From the NCBI RefSeq assembly GCF_009914755.1, contig NC_060925.1: a stretch of DNA of 64,000 bases; one strand, written 5' to 3'. The notes under the pieces are model-generated. The model was given only the letters and a program-made list of their open reading frames with translations, made no database searches and was not told the origin of the DNA. The stretch comes from the human T2T-CHM13v2.0 reference genome, Homo sapiens. Below, in pieces: positions 32,050 to 44,660 of the stretch (the first letter of the stretch is position 1; every line of letters begins with the position of its first letter). Made by a program: the position numbers and the translations under genes.

Positions 32050-32130
32050 CAATCAACAAAGGTCCCTCAAACCCCACTGCACACCAGCCGGGTCCTGAAG
32101 GAGGACAAGGAGCGGTGGGAGGATGTCAAG
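32050..32130 (+). CDS. MAPKAPK2: MAPKAPK2 exon 9 (QSTKVPQTPLHTSRVLKEDKERWEDVK; T334)
   Basis: tctcag| acceptor, |gtgagg donor; 81 bp; phase 0/0. Confidence 0.98.
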
Positions 32131-32248
32131 GTGAGGGGCACCACTGGGTGAGAGGGGCTCCAGGTGGGGTGGGCGGCTTGCGGGGAGTGCCCAGGTGTGA
32201 GGCGTGGTGCTGGTAGGGGAGAGCTTGATTCTGCCTCTCTCATCCCAG

Positions 32249-32302
32249 GGGTGTCTTCATGACAAGAACAGCGACCAGGCCACTTGGCTGACCAGGTTGT
32301 GA
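32249..32302 (+). CDS. MAPKAPK2: MAPKAPK2 alternative last exon, coding part (GCLHDKNSDQATWLTRL*; 370-aa isoform)
   Basis: ctctctcatcccag| acceptor; in-frame 17 codons plus TGA; matches the recalled C-terminus of the short human MK2 isoform. Confidence 0.88.
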   Translation, partial: GCLHDKNSDQATWLTRL

Positions 32303-32344
32303 GCAGAGGATTCTGTGTTCCTGTCCAAACTCAGTGCTGTTTCT

Positions 32345-32535
32345 TAGAATCCTTTTATTCCCTGGGTCTCTAATGGGACCTTAAAGACCATCTGGTATCA
32401 TCTTCTCATTTTGCAGAAGAGAAACTGAGGCCCAGAGGCGGAGGGCAGTCTGCTCAAGGTCACGCAGCTGGTGACTGGTTGGGGCAGACCGGACCCAGGT
32501 TTCCTGACTCCTGGCCCAAGTCTCTTCCTCCTATC
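32345..32535 (-). mobile_element. MIR in intron 9 / 3' UTR of the short isoform
   Basis: ctcattttgcagaagagaaactgaggcccagag...ctcaaggtcacgcagct...acccaggtttcctgactcc. Confidence 0.8.
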
Positions 32536-32635
32536 CTGCGGGATCACTGGGGGGCTCTCAGGGAACAGCAGCAGTGCCATAGCCAGGCTCTCTGCTGCCC
32601 AGCGCTGGGGTGAGGCTGCCGTTGTCAGCGTGGAC

Positions 32636-32785
32636 CACTAACCAGCCCGTCTTCTCTCTCTGCTCCCACCCCTGCCGCCCTCACCCTGCCCTTGTTGTCT
32701 CTGTCTCTCACGTCTCTCTTCTGCTGTCTCTCCTACCTGTCTTCTGGCTCTCTCTGTACCCTTCCTGGTGCTGCCGTGCCCCCAG
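32636..32785 (+). promoter_or_regulatory. Distant branch point (CACTAAC) and 138-nt AG-exclusion zone of the exon 10 acceptor
   Basis: CACTAAC at 32636-32642; no AG from 32646 to 32783; tract is CU-rich. Confidence 0.7.
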
Positions 32786-32929
32786 GAGGAGATGACCAGT
32801 GCCTTGGCCACAATGCGCGTTGACTACGAGCAGATCAAGATAAAAAAGATTGAAGATGCATCCAACCCTCTGCTGCTGAAGAGGCGGAAGAAAGCTCGGG
32901 CCCTGGAGGCTGCGGCTCTGGCCCACTGA
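32786..32929 (+). CDS. MAPKAPK2: MAPKAPK2 exon 10, coding part (EEMTSALATMRVDYEQIKIKKIEDASNPLLLKRRKKARALEAAALAH*; NES, NLS and p38 docking; 400-aa isoform)
   Basis: ccccag| acceptor; 47 codons plus TGA; exon lengths sum to 400 aa given a 93-codon exon 1. Confidence 0.98.
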   Translation, partial: EEMTSALATMRVDYEQIKIKKIEDASNPLLLKRRKKARALEAAALAH

Positions 32930-33487
32930 GCCACCGCGCCCTCCTGCCCACGGGAGGACAAGCAATAACTCTCTACAGGAATATATTTTTTAAACGAAGA
33001 GACAGAACTGTCCACATCTGCCTCCTCTCCTCCTCAGCTGCATGGAGCCTGGAACTGCATCAGTGACTGAATTCTGCCTTGGTTCTGGCCACCCCAGAGT
33101 GGGAGAGGCTGGGAGGTTGGGAGGCTGTGGAGAGAAGTGAGCAAGGTGCTCTTGAACCTGTGCTCATTTTGCAATTTTATCAGTAATTTGACTTAGAGTT
33201 TTTACGAAACCTCTTTTGTTGTCCTTGCCCCACTCCTCTCCACCAGACGCCTTCCTCTCTGGATACTGCAAAGGCTTGTGGTTTGTTAGAGGGTATTTGT
33301 GGAAACTGTCATAGGGATTGTCCCTGTGTTGTCCCATCTGCCCTCCCTGTTTCTCCACAACAGCCTGGGGTTGTCCCCGCTGGCTCACGCGTTCTGGGAG
33401 CTCAAGGCCACCTTGGAGGAGGATGCCACGCACTTCCTCTCTCGGAGCCCTCAGACATCTCCAGTGTGCCAGACAAATAGGAGTGAG

Positions 33488-33526
33488 TGTATGTGTGTGT
33501 GTGTGTGTGTGTGCACACGTGTGTAT
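33488..33526. repeat. (TG)n microsatellite in the 3' UTR
   Basis: Read directly. Confidence 0.9.
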
Positions 33527-34468
33527 GAGTGCGCAGATCTGTGCCTGGGATCGTGCATTTGAGGGGCCAGGGGCAGGCAGGGCTGCAGAGGGAGACGGCC
33601 CTGCTGGGGCTTAGGAACCTTCTCCCTTCTTGGGTCTGCCCTGCCCATACTGAGCCTGCCAAAGTGCCTGGGAAGCCCACCCAGATTCTGAAACAGGCCC
33701 TCTGTGGCCTGTCTCTATTAGCTGGGTTCCGGGAGGCAGAGAGGAGTGACCGGGCACTGGCACTGCGATCAGGAAGACTGGACCCCCAGCCCCCAGGGCC
33801 CCCCTCCCCCCACTTAGTGCTGGTCCTAGGTCCTCTGAGGCACTCATCTACTGAATGACCTCTCTACTTCCCCTTCTTGCCATTATTAACCCATTTTTGT
33901 TTATTTTCCTTAAATTTTTAGCCATTTCTCCATGGGCCACCGCCCAGCTCATGTAGGTGAGCCTGGGCAGCTTCTGTTGGCAGAGCTTTTGCATTTCCTG
34001 TGTTTGTCCTGGGTTCTGGGGCATCAGCCAGCTACCCCTTGTGGGCAAAGGCAGGGCCACTTTTGAAGTCTTCCCTCAGATTTCCATTGTGTGGCCTGGT
34101 GGGTCAGGGGGAGTCTTTGCACCAAAGATGTCCTGACTTTGCCCCCTTGCCCATCAGCCATTTGCCATCACCCCAAACAACTCAGCTTCGGGGCCGGTGA
34201 GGGGAGGGGCCTCCCCCAGCACAGATGAGGAGCAGCTGGGGTAGGCTGTCTGTGCCATGGCCCCCCACTCCCCCTTCCCTTGGAGGGAGAGGTGGCAGGA
34301 ATACTTCACCTTTCCTCTCCCTCAGGGGCAGGTGGTGGAGGGGCGCCCAGGGTCGTCTTTGTGTATGGGGGAAGGCGCTGGGTGCCTGCAGCGCCTCCCT
34401 TGTCTCAGATGGTGTGTCCAGCACTCGATTGTTGTAAACTGTTGTTTTGTATGAGCGAAATTGTCTTT

Positions 34469-34474
34469 ACTAAA
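34469..34474 (+). terminator. Probable non-canonical poly(A) signal ACTAAA
   Basis: TGTA at 34433 and 34448 upstream; U-rich tract 34494-34511 downstream; no AATAAA seen in the UTR. Confidence 0.65.
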
Positions 34475-35629
34475 CAGATTTAATAGTTGAGAGTTTTTCT
34501 TTCTCTTTCTTCCTGGGGCTCAGGCCTTACCCCCCACCGCCTCTATGTGCAGAGGGGTTTTGTTGGGTGGTGAGGGTGTGGGTTGGGGGTCCTGGGAGAG
34601 GAGCGGAGGGCCTCCTGGGCGAGCAGGAGCCAGCACCTCATTGGTGAGGACCTGGGCAGGATGTGTGTAGGGCATCCTTAAAGCAGGACAGGGAGGCTGC
34701 AAGGGCTCAAGCCCATCTTCTTTTGCCAAATGCAGAATCAGGAGCCAAGCTCTTTTTGGCATATGATTCTTTGACCTACATAGCCACCACCAGGTGCTGG
34801 CACCTTTAGCCTGCGAAAGCCAGCTGGTATAGGGTCCAGGGAAGAGGGGGTGCTGGTGAATTTGGTTGAAATCCTGGTAAAGATACCAGGGGAGCAGGTT
34901 AGTGTAGTACCGGCACTCTCCAGGAGGCGGTGATAGGGGTCAGGCAGAAACCAAAGGCTCTACCTCGGAGCTAGAAGAGACTTCATGGTTCCTGTGGCCC
35001 ATTCTCAGTGCACAGATGAGAAGACTGAAGCCCAGAGCTGGGGCCACATGATGACTTGACCCGCAGCAGAGCCTAAAGTAGAAACTGGGCTACCTGCCCC
35101 ATTGCAGTCCCTCCGGGTCAGATGGGAAAATAGCACATCCTTCACTGTGTCACCCGCATTTTCTTATGTGACCCTCAGAGCTGCCAGCAAGAGACAGTAC
35201 AGGGCGGCTGCTGATTGCTGTTTTATGTGTGAGGAAAGTGACTGAGAAGGTGGGATGATGTGCCACAGTTGCATGGTGGGATTGGAACTCAGATCCCTCT
35301 CCCCGCTGGAGGAGAGACCTGCTTGTCCCCTTTGCTGCCAGAAGGACCATGTCTCCACCCTCAGCTCCTGGGAACAGCAGGCCCTGGACCTCCCCTTCAT
35401 GACAGTGGGTTGCTGAGGTTGGTTCTCGCCTTGAGACACTACTCATCACTCTAAAATCACAGCTCAAAACAAACCAGCATGGGGGTTTGCTTTCAGAGAA
35501 ATCCACTTATTTTGTCTGCACTTATGAAGGTGTTAGAAGCAATAACCCAAGAAGGAGGAATAAGGGGTGCTAGGAGGGAGTCAGGGAGAGAAGGAGAGGA
35601 AGTTGTCAGAGTTCTGCTATCTTTAGAAG

Positions 35630-36080
35630 CTGTTATTAGTTTCCTGTTAACAAAGCTTCTGCCATATTAATTTTATGGCTTAAAACAACACAAATTTATG
35701 ATATTCCTGTTCTGTAGGTCAGGAGTGTGATAGGGTCTCACTAGGCTGGCTGGAGTCCAGGTCTCAGCAGGGCTGCATTCCTCTTTGGAGGGTGTTTCCT
35801 TGCCTTTATCAATTCTAGGGGCTTCCTGCATTCCTTGGGTCATGACCCCCTTTCTCCATCTTCAACCGCAACCTTGCATTTTTCTGATCCTTCTGTGGTC
35901 ACTTCTCTGACCCAGCTGGTGTGATAAGATTGAGCCCACTCAGATAATCCAGGATAATCTCCTCATTGCAGGGCCCTTAACCGTAATCCCATCTGCAAAG
36001 TCCCCTTTGCCATGTAAGGGAACATAGCCACAGTCTGGGGACCAAGACATGGGCATCACTGGGGGCCAGGATTCTGCCAC
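35630..36080 (-). mobile_element. MLT1-family MaLR LTR
   Basis: ggcttaaaacaacacaaattta...agataatccaggataatctc...catctgcaaagtccc...gccatgtaag. Confidence 0.75.
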
Positions 36081-36867
36081 AGAGGCCCGTTGCACAGCCT
36101 TCTTGGCCTCATGCCCAACGTTGGCCCTTGTGTTTTGCTTCCTTCCCTGACTCAGCCCATTTCAGGAGGATGCTTTTGTGGTCAGCAAGGATTCAGGCTG
36201 GGGTTGGCTTTCAGGGAAAATGGCTGGGGCGAAGGGCCAGGAGGGGTCTGGCATGGTTAGTGGGGTCTTGCCACAGCTTTTCACCCCCATGCCCATGTCC
36301 CTGACCTTCCATGCTGGCATGGCCCTGCGAGTCCCTGTCTCTAGGGAGAGCTTAACACCTCTGCTAAATGCCTGGGTGGGATGGCAATGGAAACTTTTGT
36401 CCCTAAAGGCAGATGCTGGCTTGCATGGGTTCAGGAGCAGGTGTGCTTCTTGAACACCCTTAAGTAGTGTGAGATGTAAAGAGGAGCATAGAGACACTCC
36501 TGGGCCCCTACCAAGTACCGATGCTGGGCTCTTCCCCTCCATCTCTTCATTATCAGAACCCTCTGAGGTAGTCAGTCTCGTTTCCAGCTTACCTGTAAGA
36601 AACTCCAACTCAGAGGAGTAAAGGGACTCGCCCAGCATCACACAGCTAGTCAGGGATTCTGACCTGGATCTCCTGTTTCCAAGTTTAGAGCTTCTTTAAG
36701 AAAGCCCATGGACATCGTCTTGGTAAGGGAGTGCAGAGGGGGCGGGGAGGAGAGGAGATATGAGGCTGGATTCCACTCCACTGAGGAAGGTCTAGTTTTC
36801 TTTGCTATAGAATGAGGGTGATAGTCCTAGGCCTGTGGCTGTTTTAAGGATTCAGTGAGATGGTGGA

Positions 36868-37166
36868 TTTATTTATTTATCTGAGACAGAGTCTTACTCC
36901 ATCACCCATGCTGGAGTGCAGTTGTGTGATCTTGGCTCACTGCAACCTCCGCCTCCCAGGTTCAAGGAATTCCCCTGCCTCGGCCTCCTGAGTAGCTGGA
37001 ATTACAGGCACATACCACCATGCCCAGCTAATTTTTGTATTTTTAGAAGAGATGAGGTTTTACCATGTTGGCCAGGCTGGTCTCGAACTCCTGATCTCCA
37101 GTGATCCGGCCACCTCAGCCTCCCAAAAAGTGCTGGGCTTACAGGCATGAGCCACTGTGCCCAGCC
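36868..37166 (-). mobile_element. Alu (S-like)
   Basis: TSD agatggtggattt. Confidence 0.92.
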
Positions 37167-40100
37167 TAGATGGTGGATTTAAATGCTTCCTAAAATGCCA
37201 GCTGCCAGGTGGCCTTTATCACCAGGAGGGTCCCACCCCTCAGTGCGCTGCTCAGCAGTGGGAGCACAGGGAGCCCCAGGCTTGGAGTCGAGTCAGTGGC
37301 CTAGGCCTGGTCCACGCTCCTGCCCTGAGCTTCACGGCGGGTCTCTGTGCCTTGGGGTGAGCAGGCAGTTGGGTTGGTAAACAATAACAGTAAATTTGGG
37401 GTTTTCCTTTGACTGGGTTGGAGACAGGAAATGCAGGAGGCTGTGAGTGACGAGTGGGTAGAGTGGGTAGCAGGTAGGTCGGGTAGGTCGGGCCTGCTCA
37501 GGGTGTGAAGGAAATTCAGTTATTCAAGGGAGGAGGGTGAGGGTGGTGAGGCTGGGGAAAGTGGCTGGCCCACTTACTGGTGAATATAAACAAACCCTCT
37601 GGGCACTCCCCAGGTGGGGCAGAGTGGGGACAGGGGAGGCTTTGAGGGGCAGCCACCGCATCCTCAGCCCTGAGAATGCAGCTCCTTTCGGGCTCTGTCT
37701 CTGGAAGCCTACATTTAGGGGCTCCAGCCGCCCCTGGGTCCTTTTGCTCACTTCATCTTCCTGTCGTCTCCCTGCACTCAGTCAGAACAGTGTGGCTCCC
37801 CAGCATACTCGACCACTAGATAATCCAGGCACTTGGTGTATGTCCTGTGCTTTGGGAGAAACAAATGAAGTGTAGGGCACAGTTCCTGCCCTTGAGAACC
37901 TAGTTGGGGAGATACAAAATGCCTGTGTGCAGCAGCAAGTGGCTTTGTCTTCCCTTTCCCTGTACCCACAGGCCTGGACACATTAGGGGCTGTTCCAGAC
38001 TGAGAACAATGTGTCATTCAAGCCCAGGTGGCATAGGGCAGCCTCTTAGGGCCCCAGAGGTTTTCAGATGAGCATGAGTGAGGTGAAAAAACCAAAATGA
38101 CAAAATAAACCACACCCTGGATCCTCGTCCTCTGGACGAAGATCTCACATCTATGCCTTGTTGGGGAGGATTTCAGTCCTCCCCCACCCAGGCATGTGAA
38201 GATTAAATGAGGCTGTGCCAAGACTTGGAAAGGTGGGGGAAGTGCAACTCGTGTGGAAAGATAGGACTGCCCCCTGGGCTCTGGGCCACCATTCAGACAG
38301 GTCAGTGCCTTGGCCTTTTCAGCCTAGGCTGCTCTTTAAAAAGAAGACCTTCAGCCACTATCCAAGAGTAAAAATGTCACATTTTCAACATTCAGCTCAT
38401 CTTGAGCACCTCCTCTGTGTCATGCCCAGTGCTTAGGACTTCGGAGACACACAGATGAGTCCAGAAGTGGGTCTAGCCTTTGTGGAGCTCAGCATAGAGA
38501 AGTGGCGGGCATCGCTGTAACAGAAGAACTGATGCTCTCCAGAACAGGAGCAGAGGTGGTTGGAGTGCATAAGGTGGAGCTATTCTGTTAGAGACCCAGG
38601 AGAGCTTCCTAGCAGCCCTTCAAGCTGGCACCTGACTGACAGTTTTGATGGCAGAAAATGGAATAGCATGATGGAGATTTCCCCATTGCATTTCTGCTCT
38701 CACTTCTCTCTGCAAGAGCTAGATCCTTCCTTCTCCAACAGGTTCACCCCTCCTGTCTTGTGGTCTGAACTGCTGTCTGTCTGCTCATCTCGTTAGCTTG
38801 ACCTTTGACCCCTCATGGGTTCTGCTCATGGAAATCTGATTTACTCCTCTCTGTGGGGTGCCCTTGGTGTTTTCTGTCCATTTTCCCTTTCCAGCCCCTC
38901 CAACTTGGATTTGCCTCATAAATGATGTTTGCTCCCTGAAAAACAAAATTTGGGGATGTGGGCTGATGGGGCTTTTGCCACGTTTCACTCAATTCATTAA
39001 TTTTTTAAAAAGTGTTACAGTGGTACACCTTAAACTTAGATCTTTTGTAGTTAGGCACTTTCTGAATCATCATGGAAAATGATGACATTACATGAAATTG
39101 AGAGCCCTCCTGGAAGAGCAGGATGAGCAATTGTTAGGGGCTTCCTTGCCCCTCTTCCCTCTGCCACTAAAAGGCCTTTCTCATCCCTTTGTCCTCATGG
39201 TTCTTACTCCACTCAGTTTAAAAGTGGAGCCCTTGGGAGCCTCCCTGGCACTCACACACAAAAATGTCAATATACTTGGCGTCCACCCTTTCCATTTTTA
39301 ACACACCACCATCTGGAACCCAGAATTACCTTGGAATTTACTTGTCTCCTCTAGAGGGAGTCGTAATTGCTTGGAAGGTAAGTTACTGCCCAGAGCCTCT
39401 GGCCAGGAAGTCTTTTGGCTGTCAAGCCTGCAGGATTTCAGGTGGGGCTGCCAAGGTGGTGGAACCTGTGTTTGATAAGTCATTTTTAGGGACCAGGGCT
39501 GCCATGCAAATGCATTTGTTTGCATAACTTTCTTGCTCTCAGGGACAGTAAAGTTTCCTACTGCCATCCCACACCCCTGCCAGGATTTGCAAGTGAAATA
39601 CCAGGACTGACTTTCCACTTTCCCCCTTCATGAGTCCTCCTCCCTTCCTAAGTCCTCCCCCACCCCTTGGTTTTGGTTTTGTCTCTGAGGTCCTGTGTGA
39701 CCAAATACTAGTCTCAACCTCTCTGATCCTAGGGTAGTAGTGTTTCCAGGACCCTGATATGCAAAGTATCTGTACAAGTTATGCAAATGAGCATCCTGTC
39801 TGGGTGGCTCTGGTCCTAGCCCCGGGCAGTTACTAGCTCTGACTACTGCTGTCCGAGTGTGTGAAACGTGATCTTGCTCCTTCCTCTGTCCAGGCAGCTG
39901 TGGGTCTCTTGTTCCTCAAACAGCTACTGCCTCTTGGGGTAATAAGGCCTCAAGTTTCAGAATGAGCTGAGTTCTCCTAGCCCTTACCTTCTGATCTGGA
40001 GACATGTGGTTCTGAATTCACCAGTCAAAGGTTTACTTTTGAAAGAAACCACGATCTCATCTAAGTCTAAGACAGAGACCTTGGTTAGCTGGAGTCTGTG

Positions 40101-40419
40101 GTGCAGAGAGACCTGGTATTTGTAGTAAGACCTAGAGGGGCCTTTGGTTTTCTGGCACTCAGCTGTCTCCTTTTCTGGTCACAAACCTATTCTAAGGAAA
40201 TGGTCCTCATAGTGAGACTCTAGCCCTACCCACCCACAGGAGGGTCGAGGGCAGGAGGGGAAGGATGACAGCCAGGCATTCTTTGAGCCAGTGTGCAAGG
40301 AAGAGAAAGGGTAGACGAGAAATTCAGTCTGATCGGCTTATTTCAGGCTCTGAAAATGACAGCTGACTCAGGGTAGGTGCTTAGTATCTGTTGGATGGAT
40401 GAAAGCATCTAAAGGAAAA

Positions 40420-41235
40420 TTAACACAAGTAATTTTAGTAACTCAAACAAGACATTATATGTACATATATAGACATACAGAGTGAGGCGTGAACCTTTCT
40501 CTTTATAACGTCTCCACCTCAGTGATGCCAATTCCCTCTCCAGAAAAAACTTCATTGAACAGCTTTATTTTTTTTGAAATTTTTATCCAAAAAGTTTCTG
40601 AAAATTTATCTAGATACAAATATACTTATAAGCACAACTGAGAAGTTTCTTTGGCAGTTATAACAAGTACAAATGGAATCATTAGGCATATTGTTCTGCA
40701 ACCTGCTTTTAAAAAATTGTGATAAAATACACTTAACTGAAAATTTACCATCTTAAACATTTTTAACTGTAAACTTCACTAGTATGTTCACATTGTTGTG
40801 CAACTGACAGACTTTTTCATACCCATGAAACAACATACAGCTTGCTTTTTTCACTTAGCATATCTTGTGAATTTCCATGACCAAACTCATAGAACTATCA
40901 TTCTTTTTCTAAATAGTTGCAGAGTATTTTATAGTATGATGTACCACAATTTATCTGCTGTGGATGGATATTTCTCACCTCCTTTCTTTTTTATTTGTCT
41001 TTTAACCTCATTTGCACTGAAGGACTACCCTCCCCCCCTTTTTCTACTATTTATATAGATCTCACAAATATCTTGTACAGTATCTTCGAGTGTGTGTGTA
41101 AGGATTTCTGTAGTATAGATCCCTAGTAGTGGAATGGCAAGATCTAAGGGTATACACATTTTAGTTTTTGATAGGGACTGCCAAAAAGACAGTATCGATT
41201 TATGAATGAATGCACTTTGCATATTGCTTTCCAAG
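40420..41235 (-). mobile_element. Old L1ME-like fragments
   Basis: ttttttcacttagcatatcttg...atagttgcagagtattttatagtatg...tagtagtggaat...ttttgataggg. Confidence 0.6.
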
Positions 41236-42044
41236 TGAGAGCTTTACGAAAGGGTTTGCTGTCAGCAGCAAATCTGGGGGTAGAGTCAGTCAGCCGAGAG
41301 TAAAAGGGCATTTATAGCACTTCCCAAAACTGATAGATGTAGACCCTTGGCCACATTGTGGGCGAGTGGAAAAGTCAGCTGTAGAGGGGTTTAGGGGATT
41401 CCTTCAACATCTCCCCATATCAGTGGCCCTGCTCACTCAATTATGGTTATTTGCATACATTTTGGGCATGTAGGCAGAATGGCTCAAAGACAAAAATCTG
41501 AGGTTCAGCCTTGTTTGGCCTCCTGGTGTTTGATCTTGACCGGGCTACCTGCTTCTCTGACTGGCATGCAAATGCCTGTGGGGGATGACAAGTGTGCACA
41601 TAACATAAGTGACATAAGGCTGACTCTGGTGGGTGCTGTAAGAGAGGCCCAGAGTGCTGTGGGAAGTTACAGAGGAGGCACGCCTCTGGTTAGGAATAGC
41701 AGGGAGGAGGAGGCGGCTTTGACTCCGGGTTGTAGGTGTTGTGGGGCACACAGGACACATGCAGGACCCACTATACAGGAGCTCACTAGACAGGAGCTCA
41801 GCCACATTGCCTCCCAATGTGACACTGATTGTGTGCCCAGCCCTCTGCTGGGTACCGAATCTGAGGCATCAGTCTTGGGGATGGCTTGGGATGTGGTGGT
41901 CAGTAGCTCAGTTGCATATGGCACAAAGATAAATCTTTGGAGTTACTCTAAGCTGGGTCCCAACTATGAGCAGATGACTTGTCCTCTCTGAGCCTCAGCT
42001 TGTCAACCGGTAAAATGGGAATTATTATTGAGGCACCCATGAAC

Positions 42045-42445
42045 ATGTGCCCCAGAGACCTCCTATTATGGGGAGCTTATTTGTCCAAGGGCCCCAGCTA
42101 TGGCACTCTGAAATTCATTGTCTCATTTGTGTGGAGGCCACACTTCCTTTCTCGTGCTCCCAGTCAATGACAGTACAACAGGGATGTGAAGACGCACCCG
42201 TTCCTGGGAGAACCAGGACTCGAAGGATGGCCAGCTTTGCCCCTGGCAACTTCATAGACACTTGTGCCTGGGGCCCTTGTGCGCATCCTCCTCTCCCTCT
42301 TTCCTTAGTGGGGTCACACACCGGTGGTTCCCCAGCCTCGCTTCACACTCCCTATTTTCTCTCATAAAGAAATTTCCCCTAACTGAACCCTTGTATGTGT
42401 AATCCTGTTTTGGCATCTGCTTCTTGGAAAATCTAGACTACAATA
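42045..42445 (+). mobile_element. ERVL LTR (LTR16-like) remnant
   Basis: 3' end atctgcttcttggaaaatctagactacaa resembles the recalled LTR16 end; family uncertain. Confidence 0.45.
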
Positions 42446-44069
42446 TTATCACCAACCTTAGAAGGTGGTGAGGACTAAATGAAAAATCAGGTAAAAAAAT
42501 CATATGAAAGACTTAGCATAGTTATATAAACGATTATGGAAAAGCCTCAGCCTGGCACATAGTTAGCACTCATTATTATCATATATTCTCATGCATTATA
42601 CAGTGGGTACTGTAGCCATCATTGTACCAGTGTGAGCAGGTTAATTTAACTTAGGAGACTGCATTTAGAAGTCAAGAAACCTGCTTTCCTGCCCCTTCCC
42701 TGCTCTATCTCCCGAGTTCTCTATCCCCTCACATGTGCCCTTTATATAAGAGTGGCAGTTGTTACTCTTAACTCCCTAGGCTGGCCCCGGACTCCTCTTT
42801 TTGGGATAAAGGTGATTAACGCCGTGTGGCTTTTGCTGAGAAGGGAGGCTGCTACAGGGGTCTGCTGCAGGGACGTTCAGACTCAGTGGATTTGTAGCTC
42901 TTTAGCCCCGCAGAGAGGAGCCCCTGCCCTGCTGAGCTGTAGGCTTGCTGGGAGGTAGCAGGAGTAGGTGGGTGGGTCACTGAGGGGTGCTGGCAGCCGG
43001 GTAGTGTTGGCGGTGGGGGCTGAGGGAGGATGATGGGAAGACAGTGAGCCTCCGAGTGAAACAGACCATGAGAGGCGAGGTGAGTCACAGGTTTCTCTCA
43101 AAACCCCCATGCCCATGGTCTCTAGAATGTGCCGAAAGTGGAGCCCGCCATCCCCAGCCTAGGCCCCAGTTCTAAGAATGCCTCCCCTTCTCTCCCTCCC
43201 ACAGTCGCCCAAATTAATCAGGTCCTTGGCTTTGGGGGGTATCGTTCTCTTTTAAGAATGCAGCAGAGAAAACCGCTGGGTTGTATCCCAGCAAAGGAGG
43301 CCACAGAGATTAGGGCTGATTGGGAGGAAATGTGAGAAGAGCGGTGTCTAGTTTAGGTTTTAGAACCTGGCTCTTCCTGCTCACACCACCAAAGAAAATT
43401 TGGCTTGAGAGATTCAAAAGAGGTTGTGTGGTGTGTAGGCTGCAACCCTAGATTCCTACAGATCTGGATTCATGGTCTTGCTCTAGCACCCAGCAGCTCA
43501 GAGCCCTCAGTGTTTGTATGCGTCAATTCCCCAATTAGTAAAAACAGTGATTTAAGAGCATCTTTGTTATAGCGCTGTTGTGAGAATGAGATAGCGAATC
43601 AGTATTAACCTTTAGCCCAGTTCCTAAATTAAAGCCCTATGAAGAGCCTCTCAGCTCAGTTCAGAGACTGCCAGTTCCCCCTTGTGAGTCTTTCTTTTCT
43701 TTTGGATTTTTGATCTCCAACGACTCCATAAGGAAGTGAAATAATTATCCCCATTTTATAGATTTGTAAACTGAGGCTCAGCTTGATTAAGTACCTAGGA
43801 AACAATCCTTTGTAGTACAGGACCCTGAGGTTCAACAGTGGTTTATCGCCTCCTTGGGACACCACCCAAAGGCAAAAGGGAAGCAGCGAAAGCATTTGAA
43901 GCTCAGAGAGGCTCAAGGCCAAGCCACAGCTTAGGGACCTGCAAAGTTCGCGGAGCTGCAGAGCTGGACGGGTGGGGCAGAAGCCACTCTTTCCATCCTC
44001 CAGGTCCTTGCGGTGGAACATTCCTCAGTTACCAGCACAACTCATTTTGAGTTTTGTTCACATGTCACT

Positions 44070-44660
<591 letters not shown>

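Larger units (their letters stand above)
32930..34490 (+). other. MAPKAPK2: MAPKAPK2 3' UTR (3' end approximate)
   Basis: Follows the stop codon; ends at a UGUA / ACTAAA / U-rich downstream-element cluster. Confidence 0.75.

Noticed and set aside
41443-41991. 182-aa ORF, the longest in the ORF track
   Set aside because: No recognisable domain; it overlaps L2/MIR-like sequence, and its length is plausible by chance.
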